From positions 1 to 61,464 of the forward strand of contig PWHG01000006.1 of assembly GCA_003554785.1 (NCBI GenBank): DNA of 61,464 nt. The letters are read 5' to 3'. Made by a program: the position numbers and the translations under genes. Positions within the stretch are counted from its first letter, which is position 1. The number at the start of each line of letters is the position of its first letter. Below, piece by piece: positions 19,196-27,997 of the stretch. The notes beneath the pieces were generated by a model that worked only from the letters and a program-made list of their open reading frames with translations, was not told where the DNA came from and did not search any database. The DNA comes from Candidatus Falkowbacteria bacterium (lineage in GTDB: Bacteria > Patescibacteriota > Patescibacteriia > Patescibacteriales > UBA12465).

Positions 19196-20059
19196 ATGTT
19201 AATTGATTTGCAACTCCATTCCAAATATTCGGATGGTTTTTTAAGCCCTAAGTCTATTGCGAAAATGTTAGATAAGTTTGAAGTAAAAATTGCTTCCTTA
19301 ACTGATCATAATTCAATTGCTGGACAAAAAGAGTTTCAAAAAGCTTGTGCTAGTTATGGTATAAAAACTATACTTGGTCTTGAACTCTACGCTAGACACA
19401 ATAATTATACCTTCAATGTTTTGTGGTATAATTATGATCTAAATTCAGAAAAATTATTATCACTACTTAAAAGAACTTGGAAAAGAAGAGAGAAAAACAT
19501 GCTAGAGATGATAGAGGAAGTAAAAAAGAAAGGTTTACAAATTGATGAAAAAAAATTTTTAAAAGAACATCCAAATTATTTACCGATTAATCATCTTGTT
19601 TCCTATATTTGGAAAAACAAAAAAAATCAAGCGATTATTCGTCGTGATTTAGATTTGAAAGAACCTCGAGAAGAAGATATTGTTTCTCATTATTTTTATC
19701 CCAGCAGTGGTTTAAAACTTAAAGAGGCAAGAGTTAGTTTTTCGCGAATTGTTAAATTAAGAGATGAAATTGGTGGTCAACTTTTTTTAGCTCATCCTTG
19801 TCACCATAAAAATATTAATAAAAATTTAATTATTGAGTTGAAGAAAAATGGTCTAGATGGCCTAGAGTTATTGTCACCTCATCATAACTATAGCAGTGTA
19901 GTAATTTTATCTTCAATTATAAAAGATCTTGATTTAATCGCTACTGGTGGCTCTGATTTTCATTTACCAGCCAATGAAGGAACTGGTCCTAAATATTCTT
20001 GGCAGTGGTATAAAATTGATAGTAAGTATTTGCGAAAAATAAGAAAAGTGATTAAATAA
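19196..20059 (+). CDS. PHP-domain metal-dependent phosphoesterase
   Basis: MLIDLQLHSKYSDG start, internal LTDHNS, and C-terminal GGSDFH motifs of the PHP family. Confidence 0.8.
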   Translation: MLIDLQLHSKYSDGFLSPKSIAKMLDKFEVKIASLTDHNSIAGQKEFQKACASYGIKTILGLELYARHNNYTFNVLWYNYDLNSEKLLSLLKRTWKRREKNMLEMIEEVKKKGLQIDEKKFLKEHPNYLPINHLVSYIWKNKKNQAIIRRDLDLKEPREEDIVSHYFYPSSGLKLKEARVSFSRIVKLRDEIGGQLFLAHPCHHKNINKNLIIELKKNGLDGLELLSPHHNYSSVVILSSIIKDLDLIATGGSDFHLPANEGTGPKYSWQWYKIDSKYLRKIRKVIK

Positions 20060-20088
20060 AAAATACCTAGGATTTTTAGGTATTTTTT
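20060..20088. terminator. Bidirectional terminator shared by the PHP gene (+) and tRNA-Lys (-)
   Basis: AATACCTA (20062-20069) pairs with TAGGTATT (20077-20084), with A/T runs on both sides. Confidence 0.65.
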
Positions 20089-20094
20089 CAGATG

Positions 20095-20167
20095 TACGTC
20101 CAGCAGGATTCGAACCTGCGACCTTCTGCTTAAAAGGCAGTTGCTCTACCAACTGAGCTATGGACGC
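20095..20167 (-). tRNA. tRNA-Lys (anticodon UUU)
   Basis: Acceptor GCGTCCA/TGGACGT, D-arm GCTC-AGTTGGTA-GAGC, anticodon loop CTTTTAA, T-arm GCAGG-TTCGAAT-CCTGC. Confidence 0.9.
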
Positions 20168-20247
20168 ATAAAAAACAAAAAAGCTTTTATTAGCTTACTA
20201 GACATTTTGATGTTAACAAAAAAAAATTAATTTGACAAGACTTAAGT

Positions 20248-21492
20248 ATGAAAACATTTTTTATTAAAACTTTAGGTTGTAAAGTCAATCAATATGATTC
20301 TCTGTATTTAAAGAATTTGCTTATAAAAAGAGGAATGACCCTTAGTGTTAATCAACCTGACTGGATAATTGTAAATACTTGTGCAGTCACAAAAGTAGCA
20401 ATTAAAAAAGATTGGCAAGCCTGGCAAAATTTGAAAAATAAGTACCCCAAAGCAAGAGTAGTTGTTTTTGGTTGCTGGCCAAAAATTTATAATTCAGACA
20501 AATTTAAACAAGCCTGTATAGTTTCTAAAGTCGGTCAATTAGATAATTTAGCCAACAAAATTAGTCAAAGTCATGAAAAAAATTATGACTATAGTCTTAG
20601 CTCAGGCGAGAAGAATCGTTATTTTTTAAAAATTGCTGATGGTTGTAATCAATTTTGTTCTTATTGCATTATTCCTTTTAGCCGAGGACCACTGTCTAGT
20701 CGTAGTTATAAAGATATAATTGAAGAAGCAAAAACAGTTGAGAGACAAGGTTACAGAGAAATTGTTTTAACTGCTATTCATTTAGGCGCTTATGGAAAAG
20801 ATTTAAAAAATTCAGATATAAACTTAACTAAACTTTTAAAAATTCTTTTAAAAGAAACTAAAACTGTTCGTTTTAGATTAAGTTCAATTGAAGTTAATGA
20901 GATAAATGCTAAATTAATTAATTTAATTGCTAGTTCAAAAGGAAGAGTTTGTCAGCATTTACATATACCTTTGCAGTCAGGAAGTGATAAAATTCTCAAA
21001 CTAATGAAAAGACCTTATAGCACTCTGTATTTTAAAAAAAAGTTAGACTATATTAGCTCTAAAATGCCAAAAATGGCTATCACCACTGATATTATAATTG
21101 GTTTTCCAGGTGAGTCTGAAGAGGAGTTTAATAAAACTTACAAACTCTCCAAAGAACTAAAATTTAGCAAAATTCATGTTTTTCCTTTTTCAGAGCATGA
21201 AATGGTGCCAGCTTCAAAGCTTAAGGAAAAAGTGGATGAGAAAATAAAAAAACAGCGTTCAGCTGTTTTGCGATCTTTGTCTGACGAGATGGCAGGTTTT
21301 TATAAAGCAAAAATACTTAGTGCTGTAAATGAGCTAAATTTACTGATTGAAAAAAAAGAAAAAAATGTATTCAAAGGCAGAAGTGAATTTTATTTTACTT
21401 TAAAGTTTAAATTTAAAAATGCAAAAAATAATCCAGTTAAAACGGGTCAATTAATTAAGGTAAAAATGGCCGATATTTCTATAATTGACTAA
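20248..21492 (+). CDS. Radical-SAM methylthiotransferase, MiaB/MtaB family
   Basis: N-terminal UPF0004 domain (TLGCKVNQYDS), radical-SAM CNQFCSYC, C-terminal TRAM-like region. Confidence 0.85.
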   Translation: MKTFFIKTLGCKVNQYDSLYLKNLLIKRGMTLSVNQPDWIIVNTCAVTKVAIKKDWQAWQNLKNKYPKARVVVFGCWPKIYNSDKFKQACIVSKVGQLDNLANKISQSHEKNYDYSLSSGEKNRYFLKIADGCNQFCSYCIIPFSRGPLSSRSYKDIIEEAKTVERQGYREIVLTAIHLGAYGKDLKNSDINLTKLLKILLKETKTVRFRLSSIEVNEINAKLINLIASSKGRVCQHLHIPLQSGSDKILKLMKRPYSTLYFKKKLDYISSKMPKMAITTDIIIGFPGESEEEFNKTYKLSKELKFSKIHVFPFSEHEMVPASKLKEKVDEKIKKQRSAVLRSLSDEMAGFYKAKILSAVNELNLLIEKKEKNVFKGRSEFYFTLKFKFKNAKNNPVKTGQLIKVKMADISIID

Positions 21493-21505
21493 TAGCGAAT
21501 ATTTT

Positions 21506-22978
21506 TTATTTTTTTACCCTTAGCTTTTGCATGCTTTTTTCTGGCAACTTTTTTCTTTTTGTACATATTAATTTATTTTTTTCTACTAAAAAAATATTTT
21601 CTTCTGTAGCTAATTTCATTATATTTTTTGTAAACCCACTTTTGCTAAATAATATATAATAATTTACTCTTTCATTATTATACCAGTTTACTAATTGACT
21701 TTTTCTTTTTAAATTTAAATAAGTATCAATTCCAATTGGTTTTTCTGACCACTTACATTCACCAAAAATTATTCTTTTTTCTTTTTCATTAAAAGCCACT
21801 AAATCAATTTCTTCTTCATTTAACCACCAGGAATCTATTTTTTCAAACTCAAAAATTTCATTTTTTAAGTTATATAATATCTCCATAGCTACTTGTTCGT
21901 ATGTTTTAGATACTATTAATTTAAAATTTGAATTTTGTGAATTAGAGTATTTTTTGTTACCAAATATTTTTTTTAATACAAAGTCATAATTATCTAAAGC
22001 CAAATAACTTTTAAAAGGAAAAATAAAATAAAACCAAAATAGAGTAAAATTATCTGCAATTTTATACAAACCTTTACGTGATTTATTAGGAAGCTTTTCT
22101 GTGACTGGCACTTGTCTTTCAATTAATTTTAAATTTAATAAAACATTTAAATATTTATTTAAAATATTTTTTTCTAAGCCAACTTCATTTACAATTTTTC
22201 CTAACTTTCTTTGTCCATAAGCGATGGCTTTTAAAATAGCTAAATAGTTTTTAGGTTCTCGCAGTTCTTCTTTGAGCATGAATTCGATTTCATTATATAA
22301 AAACGAACTACTATTTAGTATTTTTTCTTTAACTATATTTTCGAATTTTTCGCTTGATTTAAATTGTTGTAGATATGCTGGCATCCCTCCACAAATTGAG
22401 TAGATATTTAAAAAATCATCAAAACTTTTTTCCGGAAAGAATTGCCATGCTTGAAAAAAATTAAGTGGTTCAATTAATAATTGACCAGTTCGACGACCAA
22501 ATAGGGGAGATTTAAAAATCAAGGTTTCTTTTTCCATCATAGATATACTTGATCCACATAAAATTAAAAAAACTTTTGTATCTTTTAAATAGTTATCCCA
22601 GGCTTTTTGAAATAATGAGCTTATTTCTTTGTTGTTTTCTACTAAGTATGGGTATTCATCAATAGCAATTACTAAAGGTTCTTTTTTACTTTTATTTTTT
22701 ATGTAAGAAAAAAATTCTAACCAATCACTGAATCCATTATTTTTTAAAATTTCATCTTTATAATATTCACCAACAATTTGTCCAAGCTCTTTTAATTGTT
22801 CTTTGCTTGTTCTTTTATCGGCTAAATAATATATACCTGATTTATTTTTAGTAAATTGCTTAATTAACTCAGTTTTACCAACTCTTCGTTTTCCGTAGAT
22901 TATAAAAAATTGAGCTTTTTTACTTTTCCAAGCTTGATTTAAGTTATTTAATTCTTTTTCACGATTAATAAATTTCAT
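21506..22978 (-). CDS. Orphan AAA ATPase (Arch_ATPase type) with winged-helix and C-terminal DUF234/PD-(D/E)xK-like module
   Basis: Walker A YGKRRVGKT, Walker B LVIAIDEYPYL, C-terminal EIDLVAF..(13 aa)..GECKW nuclease-like motif. Confidence 0.75.
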   Translation of the reverse strand: MKFINREKELNNLNQAWKSKKAQFFIIYGKRRVGKTELIKQFTKNKSGIYYLADKRTSKEQLKELGQIVGEYYKDEILKNNGFSDWLEFFSYIKNKSKKEPLVIAIDEYPYLVENNKEISSLFQKAWDNYLKDTKVFLILCGSSISMMEKETLIFKSPLFGRRTGQLLIEPLNFFQAWQFFPEKSFDDFLNIYSICGGMPAYLQQFKSSEKFENIVKEKILNSSSFLYNEIEFMLKEELREPKNYLAILKAIAYGQRKLGKIVNEVGLEKNILNKYLNVLLNLKLIERQVPVTEKLPNKSRKGLYKIADNFTLFWFYFIFPFKSYLALDNYDFVLKKIFGNKKYSNSQNSNFKLIVSKTYEQVAMEILYNLKNEIFEFEKIDSWWLNEEEIDLVAFNEKEKRIIFGECKWSEKPIGIDTYLNLKRKSQLVNWYNNERVNYYILFSKSGFTKNIMKLATEENIFLVEKNKLICTKRKKLPEKSMQKLRVKK

Positions 22979-22984
22979 AAAATT

Positions 22985-23029
22985 AGTATACTCTTAAGTA
23001 GTATACATTACGAGTATACTATTTGTCAA
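22985..23029 (-). promoter_or_regulatory. Promoter of the 21506-22978 ATPase (TTGACA-18-TATACT) overlaid by three AGTATAC(T) palindromic boxes
   Basis: -35 is tgtcaa at 23024-23029 (plus) and -10 is agtata at 23000-23005 (plus). AGTATACT at 22985-22992 and 23013-23020, AGTATACA at 23000-23007. Confidence 0.55.
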
Positions 23030-23071
23030 GGGTTTTTATATGTTTAAATTTTTAAGTAGTAAATATAAAGA

Positions 23072-23146
23072 TGGCAGCCCCTACGGGAGTCGAACCCGTC
23101 TTTCCTGGTTGAGAACCAGACGTCCTAACCGATAGACGAAGGGGCC
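23072..23146 (-). tRNA. tRNA-Glu (anticodon CUC), CCA encoded
   Basis: Acceptor GGCCCCT/AGGGGCT, anticodon loop TTCTCAA, T-arm ACGGG-TTCGACT-CCCGT, 3' GCCA. Its first nucleotide is the G of the fmt TAG stop. Confidence 0.9.
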
Positions 23147-24081
23147 TATTTCAATATTTTTGCATCTAAGTTATTACCTAAAATAAAGTCTTGAGCTTTT
23201 AAGGGTTTTTGTCCAGACTTTTGTAATTTTAATATAGTCAAATTAGCTTGTCCAGTACCAATTAGTATTTGATTGTTTTTTATTTTCACTTCACCGGGTT
23301 TTAGAGCTTGTTTGTCATCACTTATTTGAGCTTCAAGTATTTTTAGTGTCTGATTGTTGTTTAATTGACAATATGTGCCTGGCCAGGGTTGATAGGCTCT
23401 AATTTTTCTGTCGATTATATAAGCAGGTTCTTGCCAGTTAATTTTACCATCAGTTTTTTTAGTTAACTTAACATAAGTAGCTTTTTTGTCCTCTTGTTTT
23501 TTGCTTTTAATTTTTCCTTGGCAGTAATCTAGCAAACTAGGTATTAAAATATCAGCTCCAAGCTTAGCTAATTTATCATGTAGCTCTCCTGCGCTAACTT
23601 GTCCATCTAGTTTAATTTTTTCTTGTCTTATAATATTTCCAGTATCCATACCTTTGTCCATTTCCATAATGGTAACTCCAGTGTATTTGTCATTATTTAA
23701 AATTGGAGCAGAAATACAAGAAGCTCCACGATATAAAGGTAAAAGGGAAGCGTGGACATTTATACATTTATATTTAGGGATATTTAAAATCTCTTCTGGT
23801 AATATTTGTCCATAAGCTACTACTACTAAAAGATCTGGTTTTAAATTTTTGATTAAATCTTTTGCTTCTTTAATCTTTTCAGGTTGATAAATTGGAATGT
23901 TTTCTTTTTGGGCTAGTTTTTTTACAGGAGAAGCAGTGACTGCAAGTTTTCTTCCTTTAGCTTTATCTTTTTGAGTAAAAACTGCTAAAACTGAAAAACT
24001 GGGAGATTTAATTAATTCCTTTAAGCTCGGGACGGCAAACTCCGGGGTGCCTAAAAATATAGTTGTATATTTTTTTGTCAT
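23146..24081 (-). CDS. fmt: Methionyl-tRNA formyltransferase
   Basis: FLGTPEFAVPSL, HASLLPLYRGAS, and a C-terminal formyltransferase domain. Confidence 0.95.
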   Translation of the reverse strand: MTKKYTTIFLGTPEFAVPSLKELIKSPSFSVLAVFTQKDKAKGRKLAVTASPVKKLAQKENIPIYQPEKIKEAKDLIKNLKPDLLVVVAYGQILPEEILNIPKYKCINVHASLLPLYRGASCISAPILNNDKYTGVTIMEMDKGMDTGNIIRQEKIKLDGQVSAGELHDKLAKLGADILIPSLLDYCQGKIKSKKQEDKKATYVKLTKKTDGKINWQEPAYIIDRKIRAYQPWPGTYCQLNNNQTLKILEAQISDDKQALKPGEVKIKNNQILIGTGQANLTILKLQKSGQKPLKAQDFILGNNLDAKILK

Positions 24082-24110
24082 TTTTTAAAATTTAGTTTAT
24101 AATAATAATC

Positions 24111-24755
24111 ATGTTACTAGAATTTTTTGACGCCATCTTAAATTTTTTTGCCTTAGTTAATTACTGGGGGGTATTTTTTTTAATGGCAATTGAAAGTTCA
24201 TTTATTCCTTTTCCTTCTGAAATTGTTATTCCTCCAGCCGCTTACCTAGCAGCTCAAGGAAAACTTAATATTTGGTTAGTAATTCTTGCTGGATCATTTG
24301 GTAGTTTACTGGGAGCTTTAATTAATTATTATCTAGCCCGATATCTTGGCCGGCCGGTTGTTTATAGATTACTTAAAACCAAATTGGCTAAATATTTACT
24401 TTTAAGTGAGGAAAAAGTTAAAAGGGCAGAAAGCTTTTTTGCTCGCTATGATAAAGGGTCAACATTTTTTTGCCGCTTAATACCAGTGGTTCGTCAGTTA
24501 ATATCACTTCCGGCTGGATTTGCTAAAATGAATATTTGGTCTTTTTCTCTCTATACTTTTTTGGGTGCTTTTATCTGGAGTAGTGTCTTGGCAGCTTTGG
24601 GTTATTTTTTCGGCGCTCATGATGAAGAACTTAGGCAGTATTATCACGAGATTGTTTATTTACTTATATTTATAGCTGTTTTAACCATTATTTATTTAGT
24701 GATAAAAAATAGACAGAAAAAAAGAAAAGCTAGTAGTGAAAAAGATTTAGATTAG
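24111..24755 (+). CDS. DedA family membrane protein
   Basis: Multi-pass protein. IESSFIPFPSE and RLIPVVRQLISLPAG motifs typical of the DedA/SNARE-associated family. Confidence 0.85.
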   Translation: MLLEFFDAILNFFALVNYWGVFFLMAIESSFIPFPSEIVIPPAAYLAAQGKLNIWLVILAGSFGSLLGALINYYLARYLGRPVVYRLLKTKLAKYLLLSEEKVKRAESFFARYDKGSTFFCRLIPVVRQLISLPAGFAKMNIWSFSLYTFLGAFIWSSVLAALGYFFGAHDEELRQYYHEIVYLLIFIAVLTIIYLVIKNRQKKRKASSEKDLD

Positions 24756-25228
24756 TTTTTCTTTAAATGATCGATAAACAAAACACCGTCTAAGTGATCT
24801 ATTTCATGTTGAATCGCTCGAGCTAAACCATTTCTAGCTTTGAGCTTTTTTGTTTTACCTTTTTCGTCTTGATATTTACAATTTAACCACTTATGTCGGC
24901 TAACTGGTTTAAAATAAATTTCACCATTTTCATCTACTACTGAAAGACAACCTTCGTCTTTAATTTCTTGATTAAATGAAAATTTAGTGATTTCAGGGTT
25001 TATTAGATAATAGATTTTGTTTTCGTGATTTAAAACTACAATTCTTTTATTGACTCCAACTTGAGGGGCAGCTAGACCGGCTCCATCTTCTTTTAACATC
25101 GTTTCTTTCATATCTTTTAGAAATTGCTTGGTTTTTTGATCTTTGATTTCAGATAGCGAAATACTAAGAGATTTTTTTCTTAATCTCTTATCTGGGTTTA
25201 TTAATATGTTTAAAACTTTAGCTTTCAT
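24752..25228 (-). CDS. def: Peptide deformylase
   Basis: GLAAPQVG, EGCLS, HEIDHLDG motifs. The ORF is open to 25255, but MKAKVLNI (ATG at 25226-25228) fits the family N-terminus better. Confidence 0.9.
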   Translation of the reverse strand: MKAKVLNILINPDKRLRKKSLSISLSEIKDQKTKQFLKDMKETMLKEDGAGLAAPQVGVNKRIVVLNHENKIYYLINPEITKFSFNQEIKDEGCLSVVDENGEIYFKPVSRHKWLNCKYQDEKGKTKKLKARNGLARAIQHEIDHLDGVLFIDHLKKN

Positions 25229-25487
25229 AATTTTTAGTTTTTTTACTTTCTTCAATTAATTTGAAAAAATAGCGCCAAGCTGAACTTGTTTTGCACAATT
25301 CTTTGGTATCACTTAAAGCTCTTTTGACAGTTTCAGTGTGATTATCTTTACATATCTTAAAGACTGAGGATCTTTTATTGTTTGGCACTTTTAAATCATT
25401 TATAATTGTCAGCGCTAATTCTTGCCAAGGATAGGCAGGTGGTTTACTGTCTTTTTTATTTTTAAAAATATCTGATAATGATTCCAT
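25218..25487 (-). CDS. Small hypothetical protein
   Basis: 89-aa ORF in the operon between the LigB-like gene and def, overlapping the def start by 11 nt. No motif recognised. Confidence 0.45.
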   Translation of the reverse strand: MESLSDIFKNKKDSKPPAYPWQELALTIINDLKVPNNKRSSVFKICKDNHTETVKRALSDTKELCKTSSAWRYFFKLIEESKKTKNYES

Positions 25488-25491
25488 ATAT

Positions 25492-26286
25492 TTAATGATT
25501 AAATAAAATACTTAAATAACCAACGCCAAAATCATCTTGATAGGCTAACTTTTTAGTTTTGTAATTTGAACCAATTATGCCCAGTAGCACTAGAAGTGGT
25601 TTTAATACAGATTCTTTAGCTTCATTGACGCTTTTCGGGTTTAAGTTAAGTAGTTTATCACTAGCATTTTCTGGTTCAGACAAAAATTGAATTATTTTAT
25701 TATCAAATTTTACTGCTTTAGGAGAAAAACCACCAGGGCTACTAACTTTTAATCTATGCGACAGGTCGCCTGAAGCAATAATAGCAATTTTTTTTGTTTG
25801 TTGATCAATAAATTCTTTTAGTCTAAGTCCAAATTGATAGTGAGTTTTCCAATCTAAATTATTGGCACAATAAAGTGGCAGTACTTTTATGTCTTTTTTT
25901 CCTTGGCTTAACAATTCAAGTGGTATTGCGCTTCCATGGTCAAGCTTGGCTATTGGTCTTGGAGTCAGTGGAAATTCATGATTAATTGTCTCTAAAAGCT
26001 TATCACTTAAAAGAAGATCATTTTTTAAACTTGTTCTTTTTTTAAAGCAAGCAAACTCAGAGAAATCAAGATTAAACTCTGGGGCGATTCCAATAGAAAA
26101 ACTATCATCTAAAATTTCACCATGTTGGGAAATGACAATAATTGTTTCAACTTGCTTTTCTTTTAACTCCTTAGCCACTAATTGATAGGCATTTTCTGTT
26201 TTTTTTAAAATTACCTTATTTTCTTTGCCAATTTCATCAATTAACAGGGGACTGTGGGGTAAGAGAGCTCTTAAAACTTGGGGCAT
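25492..26286 (-). CDS. Class III extradiol dioxygenase subunit-B-like (LigB/Memo-type) protein
   Basis: MPQVLRALLPHSPLLIDEIG start and GDLSHRL motif. The ORF is open to 26355, but the upstream extension looks non-coding (asparagine/isoleucine junk). Confidence 0.6.
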   Translation of the reverse strand: MPQVLRALLPHSPLLIDEIGKENKVILKKTENAYQLVAKELKEKQVETIIVISQHGEILDDSFSIGIAPEFNLDFSEFACFKKRTSLKNDLLLSDKLLETINHEFPLTPRPIAKLDHGSAIPLELLSQGKKDIKVLPLYCANNLDWKTHYQFGLRLKEFIDQQTKKIAIIASGDLSHRLKVSSPGGFSPKAVKFDNKIIQFLSEPENASDKLLNLNPKSVNEAKESVLKPLLVLLGIIGSNYKTKKLAYQDDFGVGYLSILFNH

Positions 26287-26397
26287 AATATTGTAATTAG
26301 TGTTTTTAGTATAGTATAAATTAATATTTATGCCAATATTTCTAAACAAAAACACTGGCTTGACCAGTATTTTTGTTATTTACTTTATTTTATCTAT

Positions 26398-27891
26398 TTA
26401 TGATTTTGGATCAATTACTGTTTCTCCAAAAGGGTAGAGATAGAGATGTTGAGGTGAAACTTCTATAATATTGTCCCAGCTGTAACCTAAATTCTCAAAA
26501 ACCTCACCACTAGCAAAGGGTAGTTTTTTGCCATTGGCAATTAAGTATACTGCACTAACAGTTTTTGATTTTAGTAAATTACCATCATTAAATACTACTG
26601 GCTCTTTTGTTTCATATGACTCTAGTTGTTCAACTGAAGCTTTATGAATTGTCATGTTTGGATATTTTTTGTCTAAAACTACTCGATCATTAATTGGGAA
26701 TTTTTTTCCATCATATGCATAAAAAATACCACCACTTCTTGGATCTTGAAGTAGAGCTCCAGTGATATGAGTAGATTGATTGGTAATTGCTTCGCCATCA
26801 TTGTAGTGTTTTAAATCACTTGAGGCGACATCAATAATTTCATCTGGATGGAAGCCAAAGTGTTTAAATATTTCATCAGCTGCGAATTTTCTTTTTTCAT
26901 CATCAACAATTAGATAAATTTCTCCTTGAGGTGAGCGCAATAGTGAATAGTTTGGATACTTTAGTGGAGATCCTTTAGGGTAAGCATCAAGTTCTGATTC
27001 ATCAATTTTAATGATTCGATTAGGATCAAATCGTGATGTTAGAGCTCCCCAACTATGAAAGGGTCTTTTTTGATTATTTTGAATTAACCAGACTCCGGGT
27101 TGATCTTCAACTTGTAGTAGACTGCCATCAGGGTAACGAGCTATTTGTGTGACTACTCCTTCAGGGAAGTATCTTTGATATAATCGCCAAACATTATAGT
27201 TACCATTAAAAACATGAGGAGTGTAGTTATAAAGAGCTGCAGTAGCTCGATTAGCGGGAGTAACCATCAATGGTTGATTGTAAATAGTTCCACGATCGTT
27301 GTTGAAAATATAAGCTTGACCTTGTCTATATGGGTAACGATTGGGTTTTTCCATATAAGCTAGAAATTGCAAGGCTGCGCTGTTTACTTGTTTACCAAAA
27401 CCCTTCCATCTAGGGTTACAGCCACCACTGTCTGGACAACCATAACCAGTAGCTTCATCAAGACGTTTTTGACTAGGGTCAGGGTTTTCAATTAAACTAG
27501 ATTCTTTTTGAATTAGAATCATTAAAAATCTAGGATTAACTGTTGTGATTTTGTCACATAGTAATTTAATCATTTCCTCTCCTGGGTTTTCACTTAGATC
27601 AACATGATCAGGACAGCGATAATTAGCGGTAGCTGCTTCATAGATAATTTCTGCTGCAGTTTTTCTAGTACCATAGGCATTTTCAATTTGATAATTAGCT
27701 AAGTAGCTATCTTTTTGTTGGAGAAATAATTGAATTTCAGAAAGACTCATGCTATTCCAGCTCATCATCTCTTCATCGCTAATAATAAAATTAGGATCAA
27801 AGTTAGGATCAACTTCGGCTTTTGCGCCTTTAGCTTGAAAGATAAATATTGCTAAAAAAAGAAAGCCAAAGATTAATAGTTTTTGTTTCAT
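26398..27891 (-). CDS. Secreted protein with a possible SLT-like N-terminal region and C-terminal ~55-aa repeats
   Basis: Signal peptide MKQKLLIFGFLFLAIFIFQAKGAKA. LILIQKESSL is a candidate catalytic-Glu motif. Three repeats of (V/I)YLI..(G/D).K(R/K).F......F...G(F/Y)....I..V. Confidence 0.45.
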   Translation of the reverse strand: MKQKLLIFGFLFLAIFIFQAKGAKAEVDPNFDPNFIISDEEMMSWNSMSLSEIQLFLQQKDSYLANYQIENAYGTRKTAAEIIYEAATANYRCPDHVDLSENPGEEMIKLLCDKITTVNPRFLMILIQKESSLIENPDPSQKRLDEATGYGCPDSGGCNPRWKGFGKQVNSAALQFLAYMEKPNRYPYRQGQAYIFNNDRGTIYNQPLMVTPANRATAALYNYTPHVFNGNYNVWRLYQRYFPEGVVTQIARYPDGSLLQVEDQPGVWLIQNNQKRPFHSWGALTSRFDPNRIIKIDESELDAYPKGSPLKYPNYSLLRSPQGEIYLIVDDEKRKFAADEIFKHFGFHPDEIIDVASSDLKHYNDGEAITNQSTHITGALLQDPRSGGIFYAYDGKKFPINDRVVLDKKYPNMTIHKASVEQLESYETKEPVVFNDGNLLKSKTVSAVYLIANGKKLPFASGEVFENLGYSWDNIIEVSPQHLYLYPFGETVIDPKS

Positions 27892-27954
27892 ATTATTATT
27901 AAAAATTAATGTGAATACATTATAGTATATTTTTTAAAAAAGACCAATATGAAA

Positions 27955-27987
27955 CAAAAAATCAGCTATTATTAGCTGATTTTTTTT
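27955..27987 (-). terminator. Terminator downstream of clpB
   Basis: ATCAGCTA-ttat-TAGCTGAT hairpin flanked by A and T runs. Confidence 0.7.
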
Positions 27988-27997
27988 GTATTTAATG

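Noticed and set aside
19964-20152. Tracked 62-aa minus-strand ORF (the same issue applies to 52512-52736)
   Set aside because: Both lie on top of tRNA genes (tRNA-Lys 20095-20167; tRNA-Tyr 52639-52722). The G+C-rich tRNA sequence keeps frames open by chance.
20231-20247. TTGACA hexamer just upstream of the MiaB/MtaB-family gene (also TTGACA at 1089-1094 and 57273-57278)
   Set aside because: No acceptable -10 box lies at 16-18 nt spacing. At 20231 the ATG itself follows after about 11 nt. These are probably chance occurrences.
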